Part shown: one piece after another, positions 47,535 through 56,692 of the stretch | How positions within the stretch are numbered: the stretch's first letter is position 1 | Layout: each line of letters opens with the position of its first letter | From: Bacteroidales bacterium | Lineage (GTDB): Bacteria > Bacteroidota > Bacteroidia > Bacteroidales > VadinHA17 | NCBI GenBank assembly: GCA_034005245.1 | Contig: JAVEVC010000003.1 | Coordinates: 33,371 to 97,370, forward strand | Length of the DNA: 64,000 bases | Direction: 5' to 3' | Program-made: the position numbers and the translations under genes | The notes under the pieces: generated by a model | The model's input: the letters and a program-made list of their open reading frames with translations, nothing else | Databases searched by the model: none | What the model was told of the DNA's origin: nothing

Positions 47535-48959
47535 ATGATTTGGTCAATTGCATGGAAGAACATCTGGCGTAACAAAAAAAGAAGCCTTGTGGTTATATCC
47601 GCAGTTACATTAGGCATCATCGCCGGCGTATTTCTTATTGGCTTCGTGGAAGGATGGACCAGGCAGCGCCTTCATGACGCGGTATACAACGAAGTATCGC
47701 ATATTCAGATCCATAGTAATGAATATATAAAAAATGAAGAGCTGGATCTTGCTGTTAAAAATCTTGAAGGGATAACGCGCAGCATCGATACTCTCCGGGA
47801 GCTTTCATCGTGGGTCGGAAGGACCAAGATTATTGCAATGGCTAATACTCCATGGGCAAATACAGGCATCATAGTTTATGGTATTGATCCTGACAAGGAA
47901 AGAACTGTAACGGAGATTTACAGGGAAATAGAACCCGGAGGCGGCAGATATATTGATAAACAGAATTCTTCAGACATACTTATCAGTGATAAAACAGCGG
48001 AATTGCTTAAGCTGAAGCAATATATCCTGACCGATACAATTTTTGACGAACTGAGGGATCAAAGAATTCCCGAAAGCATTCTTTCAGGTCTTGATGAATT
48101 GAGGGACAAGCGGTTCAGGTCACCTAAGGATTTCGATGAAGCCCTAAAAAGTAAACTATCCATCAAAGAACTTGACAAGTATGGCAAAATAATAAAAAAC
48201 AAGGCTCTTGATTACAGGATAAGGAACAGGGTTCAGATAACCATGGCAGACAGGGAAGGAAATCCCATACAGGGAATCTTCAGGATTTGCGGTATTTATA
48301 AAACTACCAATTCGGGATTTGACCAGGCTGCAGCATTTGTAAATGCAGGGGAGCTGGCTGAACTCTACGGGGGGGATGAGATCCTTATACATGAAATTGC
48401 ATTACTGCTTAAAGATATTGACGACGCTGGCCCTGTAAAGGATAAGCTGATTCGCATTGCCGGTGATAATTCAGTAAGAACATGGAAAGAGCTTGCTCCC
48501 GATGCAGCGTTGATGAATGATTTCATGATTATTTACTATCTGATATTCATGGGAATAATAATGCTTGCCCTTGCATTCGGGATTATAAATACCATGCTTA
48601 TGGCGGTACTTGAAAGGACAAAGGAACTGGGCATGCTTATGGCCATCGGCATGAACCGCAGGAGGGTATTTAAAATGATAATGCTTGAAACCATTTTTCT
48701 TACCGCTGTGGGAGCTGTTACAGGAATCATTGCAGGTTGGGCCATTACAGGCACATTGGGAAGGACAGGAATCCATCTGGAAGGCTGGGGAGAAGGATTT
48801 GAAGCTATCGGTTTTGCTGCCAGGGTATATCCGGTAGTAACCCCGGGATTCATTCTTTTTACTTCGGTACTGGTAATAGCCACCGCCGTACTGTCCTCAA
48901 TATGGCCGGCCCGTAAAGCGCTTAAATTAAATCCGGTTGAAGCACTCAGAACAGAATAG
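47535..48959 (+). CDS. ABC transporter permease, FtsX/MacB/LolE-type (paralog 2)
   Basis: 474 aa with the same 1+3 TM topology and a large periplasmic domain. N-terminus WKNIWRNKKRSLVV parallels WRNLWRNRRRTVIT of paralog 1. Confidence 0.8.
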   Translation: MIWSIAWKNIWRNKKRSLVVISAVTLGIIAGVFLIGFVEGWTRQRLHDAVYNEVSHIQIHSNEYIKNEELDLAVKNLEGITRSIDTLRELSSWVGRTKIIAMANTPWANTGIIVYGIDPDKERTVTEIYREIEPGGGRYIDKQNSSDILISDKTAELLKLKQYILTDTIFDELRDQRIPESILSGLDELRDKRFRSPKDFDEALKSKLSIKELDKYGKIIKNKALDYRIRNRVQITMADREGNPIQGIFRICGIYKTTNSGFDQAAAFVNAGELAELYGGDEILIHEIALLLKDIDDAGPVKDKLIRIAGDNSVRTWKELAPDAALMNDFMIIYYLIFMGIIMLALAFGIINTMLMAVLERTKELGMLMAIGMNRRRVFKMIMLETIFLTAVGAVTGIIAGWAITGTLGRTGIHLEGWGEGFEAIGFAARVYPVVTPGFILFTSVLVIATAVLSSIWPARKALKLNPVEALRTE

Positions 48960-48981
48960 CACAATATTAAACTACCAGGCC

Positions 48982-49665
48982 ATGAAGGTACTTGAATTAA
49001 GAAACGTGAATAAAATATATAATTCTTCTGAAATCAGGGTCCATGCAGTAAATGATGTTACCCTCAGTTTCACGGAAGGTGAATTTGCAGCGATAGTCGG
49101 ACCTTCGGGATCAGGCAAAACAACACTGCTGAACCTGATAGGCGGACTGGATATGCCTACCTCAGGAGAAATAATCATTGATGGTACTGACCTGTCAAAA
49201 CTTAAATCATCGCAGCTTATTGATTTCAGGCTTAACAACATTGGTTTTGTATTCCAGTCGTATAACCTTATTCCTGTTCTGACAGCAAAAGAAAATGTGG
49301 AATTCATAATGACATTACAGAAATGGCCGGTTAAAGATCGCGACAGGCGCACCCAGGAACTATTGCAGGCGGTGGGTTTGGGCGACAGGATTAACAGCAG
49401 GCCCTCAAAACTCTCGGGAGGGCAGCAGCAAAGGGTTGCCGTTGCAAGAGCACTAGCTTCAAAACCTAAATTCATTCTTGCAGATGAACCAACAGCCAAC
49501 CTTGATTCAAAGGCAGCAACAACCCTGCTGGAAATAATGGAAAACCTCAATCGGGAGGAAAAGATTACTTTTATCTTTTCAACTCATGATCCGAGGGTTG
49601 TGAAAATGGCTCGACGGGTAATTACGCTTGAGGACGGGAAAGTGATTTCAGATGAAAAAAGATAA
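48982..49665 (+). CDS. ABC transporter ATP-binding protein (LolD/MacB-type)
   Basis: Walker A GPSGSGKTTLLN, signature LSGGQQQRVAVARAL, Walker B FILADEPTANLD. The track start 48937 overlaps the permease; ATG 48982 (MKVLELRNV) is preferred. Confidence 0.9.
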   Translation: MKVLELRNVNKIYNSSEIRVHAVNDVTLSFTEGEFAAIVGPSGSGKTTLLNLIGGLDMPTSGEIIIDGTDLSKLKSSQLIDFRLNNIGFVFQSYNLIPVLTAKENVEFIMTLQKWPVKDRDRRTQELLQAVGLGDRINSRPSKLSGGQQQRVAVARALASKPKFILADEPTANLDSKAATTLLEIMENLNREEKITFIFSTHDPRVVKMARRVITLEDGKVISDEKR

Positions 49666-49692
49666 CAGGGGCGATTAAAACATTATGATCAT

Positions 49693-50964
49693 ATGGTTAT
49701 TCCCGCCAAAAAATCTTCTTCTGTTCTGAATATCCCGCTACCCTGTTCACTAAGGGGTATAATGGCAGGTCACAATCTTAGCCTCAGTTATGAGAAAAAA
49801 AGCAGGTTGCAGAATACCAGGATTGTCCTGGTTGTCCTCATATTCATTCTTATTCAGGCCAGGGCTTTTGCTCAGGAAAAACCAGGGGCAATAAGCTTCA
49901 GAGGTTATCTTACAACCATGCAAAGCTCAATGTTCGATTCCATCTCTGGTCCTTTCCTTAACGAGAATCTGCTTCACAACAGATTGAATTTTAAGGGATA
50001 TGTAAATGATAACATCACTCTGGCAGCGGAATTCAGGAACAGGCTTTTCACCGGCGATCTTGTAAGGCTTGGAAGCTATTACCCGGAAATAATCGGTGCA
50101 GACGACGGAATTATTGATATGTCATGGAATGTTTTGGAAAAACAGTCATTCCTGTTTAATACAACTGTCGACCGCCTCTGGCTTGATCTCCGCTTTGAAA
50201 AATTCCAGGCCACTATAGGCAGGCAGCGAATAAACTGGGGCCAGGCTTTGGTATGGAATCCGAATGATATTTTCAATGCATATTCTTTTTTTGATTTTGA
50301 TTACATGGAACGGCCCGGAAGCGATGCCGTAAGGCTTCAGTATTTCCCTGCTTCATCCTCTTCTGTGGAAATTGCTGTAAAGGCGGATAGCGAAAATGAT
50401 GTTACGGCTGCAGGTCTCTACCGTTTTAACAGATGGGGGTACGACATACAGTTTCTGGCAGGGTTTGTAAATGGCAGGGATATTGTTATTGGTGCGGGTT
50501 GGTCAGGAGAGATTGGAAATAATTCCTTTCGAGGAGAAGCTTCCTGGTTCGACGGATATGAAGATTTTCCCGGGGATGAAAGCGTGGTGCTCCTCACTGC
50601 TGGGCTTGACAGAATATTTCAGGATAATTCGATGGCCCAGGTTCAGTTAATGTACTGCAACAACCCTCTGGACCTGATTGATTTCAATAGTTTCTATTCA
50701 GGAAACCTGTCATCCAGGGATCTTGCTTTTTCACGGTTTACAGCCTTTGGCCAGTATACCTGGGCTGTAAACCCATTGCTGAATCTCACAGCTTCTGCAA
50801 TGTGGTTTCCTGATCTTGAAGGTTATTTTGCAGGACCATCGCTGGATTACTCACTTTTTGAAAATCTCGATTTTTCTCTTATCTGGCAGCATTTCAATGC
50901 AATAATCGGTGGTGAAAAGTCAAGGATGAATCTTGGCTTTCTGAGGCTCAAGTACAGTTTCTGA
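49693..50964 (+). CDS. Predicted outer-membrane beta-barrel protein
   Basis: Signal peptide ...RIVLVVLIFILIQARAFAQE (likely start Met24, 49762). Alternating hydrophobic pattern throughout, an IGRQRINWGQ motif reminiscent of alginate-export/DUF1302-type barrels, and a terminal LRLKYSF with C-terminal Phe. Confidence 0.55.
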   Translation: MVIPAKKSSSVLNIPLPCSLRGIMAGHNLSLSYEKKSRLQNTRIVLVVLIFILIQARAFAQEKPGAISFRGYLTTMQSSMFDSISGPFLNENLLHNRLNFKGYVNDNITLAAEFRNRLFTGDLVRLGSYYPEIIGADDGIIDMSWNVLEKQSFLFNTTVDRLWLDLRFEKFQATIGRQRINWGQALVWNPNDIFNAYSFFDFDYMERPGSDAVRLQYFPASSSSVEIAVKADSENDVTAAGLYRFNRWGYDIQFLAGFVNGRDIVIGAGWSGEIGNNSFRGEASWFDGYEDFPGDESVVLLTAGLDRIFQDNSMAQVQLMYCNNPLDLIDFNSFYSGNLSSRDLAFSRFTAFGQYTWAVNPLLNLTASAMWFPDLEGYFAGPSLDYSLFENLDFSLIWQHFNAIIGGEKSRMNLGFLRLKYSF

Positions 50965-51002
50965 AATTTTCATACTTTTACCGCCCAATAATCATCTGGC
51001 CC

Positions 51003-51740
51003 ATGGCACTTGTTCACGAATTTGAGAAGAGCGGGAACTGGCTTTTCAGAAGAAGAAGCTGGCTTCCTGTCTTTCTGATTTTCGCCGGTATCATTGTTAT
51101 GTATTTGACGAACCGGCAGGCAATCCTTTATGATGCAGGAAAGGAATTGTTTTTTCTGGGAATAAGCCTGCTGGGCGAAGCAATAAGGATAATTACGGCC
51201 GGATATGCTCCGAAAAACACCTCTGGTCGCAACACCTCGGCAGGGCAAATAGCCGATGAACTCAATATCACGGGAATATATTCAGTAGTGCGCCATCCTC
51301 TGTATATCGGTAATTTCTTCATGTGGCTGGGTCCGGTTCTTTTTATAAGGTCACTGGTCTTTGTCGTTTTCTTTATACTTATCTATTGGTTGTACTATGA
51401 GAGGATAATGTTTGCGGAAGAACAGTTTCTCAGGCGAAAATTCGGTGATGCATATGACAAATGGTCAGAAAACGTGAAAGCTGTGATCCCACGACTAAAA
51501 AGCTATATTAAACCATCTCTGGGTTTTTCTCTTAAAGCCATCCTCAAGCGTGAGCACAACAGCTTTATCAACATCTTTATAATATTTGTGATTCTCGATC
51601 TGTTGAGAAATTATTTTTTGTCAGGCAGGTTGTATTTAACGCCTGTGTGGATATATGCCGGTACGGCAGCCTTTCTTATATGGATCCCCGTAACGATAAT
51701 CCATAAAAAGACCACTTGGCTCGAAGAAGAAGGAAGGTAG
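51003..51740 (+). CDS. Isoprenylcysteine carboxyl methyltransferase (ICMT)/phospholipid methyltransferase family membrane protein
   Basis: Multi-pass membrane protein with GIYSVVRHPLYIGNFFMWLG, the RHPxY motif of this family. Confidence 0.65.
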   Translation: MALVHEFEKSGNWLFRRRSWLPVFLIFAGIIVMYLTNRQAILYDAGKELFFLGISLLGEAIRIITAGYAPKNTSGRNTSAGQIADELNITGIYSVVRHPLYIGNFFMWLGPVLFIRSLVFVVFFILIYWLYYERIMFAEEQFLRRKFGDAYDKWSENVKAVIPRLKSYIKPSLGFSLKAILKREHNSFINIFIIFVILDLLRNYFLSGRLYLTPVWIYAGTAAFLIWIPVTIIHKKTTWLEEEGR

Positions 51741-51749
51741 AGCTACTTT

Positions 51750-52430
51750 TCAGTCCCGGCTTCCGCCTGTAAAGATCATTATATAATAAAGCAGAGTAGC
51801 AAGGGAGCCAAGGGCTGCAACAACATAGGTTAAAGCCGCCCATTTAAGAGCATCCTGTGCTTTATCATGGCTCATTGATGAAGTTATTCCTGCATTTGAG
51901 AGCCATGCAAGAGCCCTCTGGCTTGCATTGAACTCAACAGGAAGGGTGACGAAGCTGAAAAGGGTGGTAAGAGCAAAGAGAACGATCCCAAAAAGCAGAA
52001 GAGCCGGAAAGGTGTTAATGAGTAATATTCCTGCCAGCAGTATCCATTGTACCCATTTTGAAGCAAAACTGACAGGAGGAACAAGCTTTGACCTGAATCC
52101 AAGCCATGCATAGGCAGTGGCATGCTGAACAGCATGACCTGTTTCATGGGCAGCAACTGCTGCAGCAGCAATACTTCTGCCTTCATAAACCTCCCTGCTC
52201 AGATTTATTGTTTTATTGCCGGGATTGTAGTGATCAGCTAATTTTCCCTCAACACTTTGGATTTTAACATCATAAATGCCGTTATCACGCAACATTCTTT
52301 CAGCTATATCGCGACCTGACATACCATTGTCAACAGGTATCTTTGAATAGTTTTTGAACTTGGTTTTTAAAGTCATGCTTACCAGCCAGCTGAGAAGCAT
52401 GAAAACAATGAAGATTACCCATATATTCAT
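51750..52430 (-). CDS. Zinc metallopeptidase (YugP-like)
   Basis: N-terminal TM, HETGHAVQH zinc motif, and C-terminal TMs. Confidence 0.7.
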   Translation of the reverse strand: MNIWVIFIVFMLLSWLVSMTLKTKFKNYSKIPVDNGMSGRDIAERMLRDNGIYDVKIQSVEGKLADHYNPGNKTINLSREVYEGRSIAAAAVAAHETGHAVQHATAYAWLGFRSKLVPPVSFASKWVQWILLAGILLINTFPALLLFGIVLFALTTLFSFVTLPVEFNASQRALAWLSNAGITSSMSHDKAQDALKWAALTYVVAALGSLATLLYYIMIFTGGSRD

Positions 52431-52590
52431 ATTGAACTTCCTTTCTTTTTATTGGTTTTTCTTTAACAGTTTACAAATTCTCTGCCAGAACTCCTTTTAT
52501 GAAGATACAGGTCATTTTGGCAGGCACGCAAAATTAGTCATTTCATTTACAAATAAACAAAGAAGCATTGGCAATTGTTATCTTTGCTTC

Positions 52591-52899
52591 ATGCTCAGCT
52601 CTCTTAAAAAGACATTGTCGTTGATTCTTTCATTGCCTGTATATTTTTACAGATATGCAATCTCGCCGTTGTTAAGGCCGTCTTGCAGGCATGTCCCGTC
52701 ATGTTCCGGGTATGCGCTTGATTCACTCAGGATTCATGGCCCGGTAACGGGATTGATGCTGGCCACTAACAGGATCCTGAGATGCAGGCCTGGGGGGACT
52801 CATGGGTATGATCCCGTTCCACGGATACTTATAAAGCGCTACAGGCCTTTTTACAGCTTTTTTTTCAGATGCCCCAGCTGCAACAGGCTGAAGAGGTAA
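52591..52899 (+). CDS. yidD: Membrane protein insertion efficiency factor YidD
   Basis: YFYRYAISPLLRPSCRHVPSCSGYALDSLRIHGPVTGLMLATNRILRCRPGGTHGYDPVP is the YidD signature. The track ORF start (52354) overlaps the divergent peptidase gene, so ATG 52591 is preferred. The C-terminal tail is longer than usual. Confidence 0.8.
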   Translation: MLSSLKKTLSLILSLPVYFYRYAISPLLRPSCRHVPSCSGYALDSLRIHGPVTGLMLATNRILRCRPGGTHGYDPVPRILIKRYRPFYSFFFRCPSCNRLKR

Positions 52900-52908
52900 A
52901 GTCTGCTT

Positions 52909-53664
52909 TCAGAAATTAAGCTCTTCCTTAAGGTGCCTGAAACCGGCCCGGCTTACCGGAAGCTTGTCGCCTGAATGGAGAATAAGTATATGGTTATCCT
53001 TTCCGTAAGGTTCAATGCGCTTTATCTCCTCTGTTTTCACAATATATGACCTGTGCACTCTTACAAAGTCCTTTTTTGGGAGATTTTCATCATAAAATTT
53101 CATTGTTTGCTGCTTCAGGGCTTTCCCGCCAGTATAATAGATCATTACATAATCGTCCTGTGCTTCCAGGTATCTTATCTGATCCACCGGGATAAGGTTG
53201 ATCGCATTGCCCTTTCTCACCACTATCCTGTTGACTGAAGAAGCCTGTACAGGCATTTTTGCCAGTATTTTACCGGCTTCCTCGTTATTGCCTGCTCCTG
53301 ACCGGATCTTATCAGCAGCTTTCCTGACCGCTTCCAGAAGCCGTCTTTTCGGGAAGGGTTTCAACAGGTAGTCCGCTGCATTAAGCTCAAATGCTTTAAT
53401 GGCAAACTGGTCATAGGCTGTCGTAAAAATCACCTCAGGCTTTTCAGTGGTAACCTCAAGCATTTCAATCCCGGTAAGCCTAGGCATCTGGATATCAAGA
53501 ATGATAAGATCGGGTTTTAATGATGAAATGATTTTAAGACCTGAAAAGCCGTCGGCACATTCCGCTATGATTTCAACATAATCAAGCTCCTCAAGGTAAT
53601 GCCTGATCAATTCTCGCGCAGGAGCTTCATCCTCGATTATTGCGATTCTGATTTTTTTTTCCAT
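52909..53664 (-). CDS. LytTR-family response regulator
   Basis: REC domain (IAIIEDE...ILDIQMPRLTG...TAY...LKP) plus a C-terminal LytTR DNA-binding domain (FVRVHRSYIV). Confidence 0.88.
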   Translation of the reverse strand: MEKKIRIAIIEDEAPARELIRHYLEELDYVEIIAECADGFSGLKIISSLKPDLIILDIQMPRLTGIEMLEVTTEKPEVIFTTAYDQFAIKAFELNAADYLLKPFPKRRLLEAVRKAADKIRSGAGNNEEAGKILAKMPVQASSVNRIVVRKGNAINLIPVDQIRYLEAQDDYVMIYYTGGKALKQQTMKFYDENLPKKDFVRVHRSYIVKTEEIKRIEPYGKDNHILILHSGDKLPVSRAGFRHLKEELNF

Positions 53665-53756
53665 TAGAAGTCAGTTTTGCCGCCGGACATATATGATAAT
53701 CAATGTAAACTCATACTGATCAGGGCAATCGGTGAGGGGAAATGTTATTGCCTGAA

Positions 53757-53764
53757 CAAATTTA
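53757..53764 (-). promoter_or_regulatory. Possible internal -7 promoter box (TAAATTTG on the minus strand) in the kinase-regulator spacer
   Basis: Plus strand reads caaattta. It lies 93 nt upstream of the regulator ATG and 17 nt after the kinase stop. Confidence 0.3.
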
Positions 53765-53780
53765 TTCTAATTCTCCGGAA

Positions 53781-54839
53781 TTAAGCCTCGGCCGGAAGGA
53801 AAATTGAAACAGAAAAGATGCCATTTTCCTTTGATGATCTTATTGATGCCCTGTTCCCGTAAAAGAGGTCAAGACGCCTGGCGACATTTGTGAGACCTGT
53901 TCCTGTTCCTTTTACCGGCGAAGGGGCAAGGTCATAATTATTGCTTATCACGATCTCGAGATATCCGTTCCTGCAGGCGACCGAGGTATTGACGGCGACA
54001 CATTCGGTGGTTTCATAAACACCATGTTTGATGGCGTTTTCATATAAAGGCTGAAGGATCATTACGGGCATTTTAATATCAAGGCAGTTCTCGTCAATGT
54101 TATCCGCAGTTGACAACCTGTCGCCGAACCTGACTTTTTCTATGTCGAGGTAGAGCCGGAGGTTTTCAAGTTCACTTCTGAGGGTAACAGGTTGTTCGTC
54201 CTTTTTGGAAAGGGCATATCTCATGAATTCGGATAATTTAATTACCATATCCCTTGCCTTTTCAGGATCGGTAATAGTGAGTGAACTTATTGAATTAAGG
54301 CTGTTAAAGAGGAAATGAGGATTTATCTGCGATCTCAGCATCTTAAGCTCGGTTTCCCTTACAAGACTCTCAAGGCGTGCTTCCCTGGCTTTCTTTTCCG
54401 AAAGCCGGGTGAGGCTAAGAAACAGGTAATAACTGAGAACCGTAAGGAAGTAAATGAAAACTCCGGTTCCGATCCTATAGAGAAAGGTGGATTCCCAGTA
54501 ATTATCCAGGTCAGTAAATCCCGGCAGGGTAAGCTGAAGGGTGTATCTGACTATGAGTATCCAGATCAGTATCGACAATGCTCCCGTCAGGGTAAGGTTT
54601 GTAATTATGGCAACAGGCCCTGATTTTCCGCTGTTGAAAAAGCTGAAAGGATACCATAAAGACAATCCAATTCCCGAGAAAATAAGAAGTGACAACCCCC
54701 CGTCAACAATAAAAACAAAAGATAATCTGCCATAGGCGAAATAATATAGCAGAAGCTGGCCCAGAACGACTAAAAACCAGGCCAGCCACCAGAAGACAAG
54801 TCTTTCCCTGCTTATTAATACGGGATGCCTCATCTGCAA
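53781..54839 (-). CDS. LytS-type sensor histidine kinase
   Basis: About 4-5 N-terminal TMs, then the His_kinase motif QINPHFLFNSLNSI and an HATPase region (LQPLYENAIKHG, GTGTGLTNV). Confidence 0.85.
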   Translation of the reverse strand: MQMRHPVLISRERLVFWWLAWFLVVLGQLLLYYFAYGRLSFVFIVDGGLSLLIFSGIGLSLWYPFSFFNSGKSGPVAIITNLTLTGALSILIWILIVRYTLQLTLPGFTDLDNYWESTFLYRIGTGVFIYFLTVLSYYLFLSLTRLSEKKAREARLESLVRETELKMLRSQINPHFLFNSLNSISSLTITDPEKARDMVIKLSEFMRYALSKKDEQPVTLRSELENLRLYLDIEKVRFGDRLSTADNIDENCLDIKMPVMILQPLYENAIKHGVYETTECVAVNTSVACRNGYLEIVISNNYDLAPSPVKGTGTGLTNVARRLDLFYGNRASIRSSKENGIFSVSIFLPAEA

Positions 54840-54844
54840 TTCTT

Positions 54845-55579
54845 CTAATAACTTTTAACTTCACCGCCTCCGAAAACGACGGCTCCTTTTATTATAAGAT
54901 GCTTAGCCGGATCAACCATTCTGCCCGGGCTGAGCTTGCGGGAATCGCTGAATCCTCCGAGAATGGGCGTAACCTGTATAGATACATGCCAGTCGTCGGG
55001 TACAATTATGGTTGCCCCTCCGAAAACACAGGCTATTTCAAGCTCAGAGTATCCTGGTGCAAGACTCGCTTTAGTCAGATCCAGTTCAATTCCTCCAAAG
55101 ATTGCTGATATCTTGCCCCCCTTGAAATTCTGTGAGACGATCTGCCTTTCCCCTCCGCTGAATATATTGACATAGTCTATTACATCATCGCCGACTGTCC
55201 CTTTTGACTCAATATTCCAGCCATGCCTTTTGCTCACTATAAAGAGTATCCCGGCGATTATGAAGATTGACGGCCAGAATAAGTTGTAAATATGAAATGT
55301 TTCATTGAATATTCTCGGGATGAGAAAAAATCCACCAACGGCCATGACTATTATCCCCGCAGTACGCTCCGTTGAACCTACGGTCATTACCAGGCCTATT
55401 GTCACAAGCAGCATAGGCCAGGAGAAGATAAGATTTTCAAGATAATCAGGAAATAATCCCGTGTTCCTGAGTACCAGGAACAAGCCGGCCAGTACCAGGA
55501 TAACGCCAATAATGACCCTGCTGTTGGCATTGCTCATTCTGTGATGCTCTCTGCCTTTTAATTCTCCGTTAGTTTCCAT
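54845..55579 (-). CDS. LiaF-like membrane protein (DUF2154-type C-terminal domain)
   Basis: Four TMs, then AIFGGIELDLTKASL...VFGGATIIVPDDWHV...VFGGGEV, the repeated FGG pattern of LiaF C-terminal domains. Confidence 0.65.
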   Translation of the reverse strand: METNGELKGREHHRMSNANSRVIIGVILVLAGLFLVLRNTGLFPDYLENLIFSWPMLLVTIGLVMTVGSTERTAGIIVMAVGGFFLIPRIFNETFHIYNLFWPSIFIIAGILFIVSKRHGWNIESKGTVGDDVIDYVNIFSGGERQIVSQNFKGGKISAIFGGIELDLTKASLAPGYSELEIACVFGGATIIVPDDWHVSIQVTPILGGFSDSRKLSPGRMVDPAKHLIIKGAVVFGGGEVKSY

Positions 55580-55609
55580 CGCTATAAAGTTATATGATTA
55601 ATAAATCAG

Positions 55610-55975
55610 TTACTGTTGTGATCCTCTTTTAAAGAAAGATGATAGAATAAAGGCCAGCCCGGCGAGGATGATAATGGATGGCCAGTAAACAGTTTTTACA
55701 AGTTCAGGTAGTTCTGTAAAAATATCATCAAGAAGGAACCATGTTCCTCCGGCTATAAGAAGGAGTCCTCCTACGAACTGCAGATTAAGTATTAAAAGAA
55801 CCCCTACGAATATCATGGCTGTTTTCCAGTTAATGTAATCATTTATACTTCCCAGATTCAGCAAATCATTCGTTGCCACAAGAAGAGCTCCTCCAAACAC
55901 GATGAGGAACAAGCCGAAGCTAACCCTTGGATGGTGTTCCCGGCTTTTGTAAGGATGATTGATTTTCCCTGCCAT
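55610..55975 (-). CDS. Small four-helix membrane protein (LiaI/LiaF-TM-like)
   Basis: The track ORF extends to 56104, but a -7 box at 56000-56007 favours ATG 55975 (MAGKINHPYKSREHHPRVSFGLFLIVFGG). The N-terminal REHH motif and TM layout parallel the N-terminus of the downstream LiaF-like protein. Confidence 0.55.
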   Translation of the reverse strand: MAGKINHPYKSREHHPRVSFGLFLIVFGGALLVATNDLLNLGSINDYINWKTAMIFVGVLLILNLQFVGGLLLIAGGTWFLLDDIFTELPELVKTVYWPSIIILAGLAFILSSFFKRGSQQ

Positions 55976-55999
55976 TTTTCCTGAGTTTGATTTCTGGTT

Positions 56000-56007
56000 C
56001 AAAATTA
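56000..56007 (-). promoter_or_regulatory. -7 promoter box (TAATTTTG on the minus strand) for the LiaF-like / kinase / LytTR operon
   Basis: Plus strand reads caaaatta, 25 nt upstream of ATG 55975. Confidence 0.45.
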
Positions 56008-56130
56008 TTCCGGCACATATAAGATTAAAACAGGAAATCGGCAAACTGCTGTATAATACCGGCAGACAACCGGTTAAAGTAATTAATGTTACTTTTTTGT
56101 TCATAATTTTTTAAATTGAATAAGGATTTA

Positions 56131-56138
56131 TATTTTTG
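56131..56138 (+). promoter_or_regulatory. -7 promoter box (TATTTTTG) for yceD-rpmF-plsX-fabH
   Basis: Exact TAnnTTTG. It overlaps the track TTG start (56136), which argues for ATG 56157. Confidence 0.45.
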
Positions 56139-56156
56139 CAGACCAAAATTTGCAAG

Positions 56157-56681
56157 ATGTCCCGGTCATATTTAATAACTTTGAACGGATTTGAGGAAGG
56201 ACATCATAGTTATGATCTTGAGATCACCAGGGAGTTTTTTGATTTGTTTGAGGAGTCGGAAATCAGGGAAGGAGAACTGGTGGCTGTAATTGATCTTGAG
56301 AAATGTTCTTCAAATATTGATCTTACAATCAGGATTTCGGGCAAGGTAAAGGTTTGCTGCGACCGCTGCCTTGAAATGTTTGATCATCCTGTGGAATGCG
56401 AGAACAGGCTGCTTGTCAGGGTCGGGAAAGTCTTTGACGACAGTGATCCGGAGGTCATTACAGTTCCATCATCAGAGCATGAACTCGATATAAAGCAGTA
56501 TCTTTATGAGTTTATTCTTCTTGCCCTCCCGATTCAAAGGCTGCATCCTGACGATGATGATGGCAGGAGTACCTGTAATCCGGTGATGCTGCAGAAGCTT
56601 GGGGAATATCTTGTTGAAGGTGAAAACGACAAATATGATTCCAGGTGGGATGAACTGAAGAAGCTTATGGATAACAATTAA
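56157..56681 (+). CDS. yceD: YceD/DUF177 family protein
   Basis: The [12 protein letters not shown] motif, and its position immediately upstream of rpmF, which is the conserved yceD-rpmF-plsX-fabH arrangement. Confidence 0.8.
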   Translation: MSRSYLITLNGFEEGHHSYDLEITREFFDLFEESEIREGELVAVIDLEKCSSNIDLTIRISGKVKVCCDRCLEMFDHPVECENRLLVRVGKVFDDSDPEVITVPSSEHELDIKQYLYEFILLALPIQRLHPDDDDGRSTCNPVMLQKLGEYLVEGENDKYDSRWDELKKLMDNN

Positions 56682-56692
56682 TAAATTATAAA

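Noticed and set aside
48972-49550. 192-aa minus-strand ORF antisense to the ABC ATPase gene
   Set aside because: Long antisense ORFs are common opposite ABC ATPase genes. The plus-strand frame carries complete Walker A, signature and Walker B motifs.
52354-52590. N-terminal 79 codons of the track ORF 52354-52899
   Set aside because: This part overlaps the start of the divergent zinc peptidase gene and has no YidD similarity. The YidD signature begins after ATG 52591.
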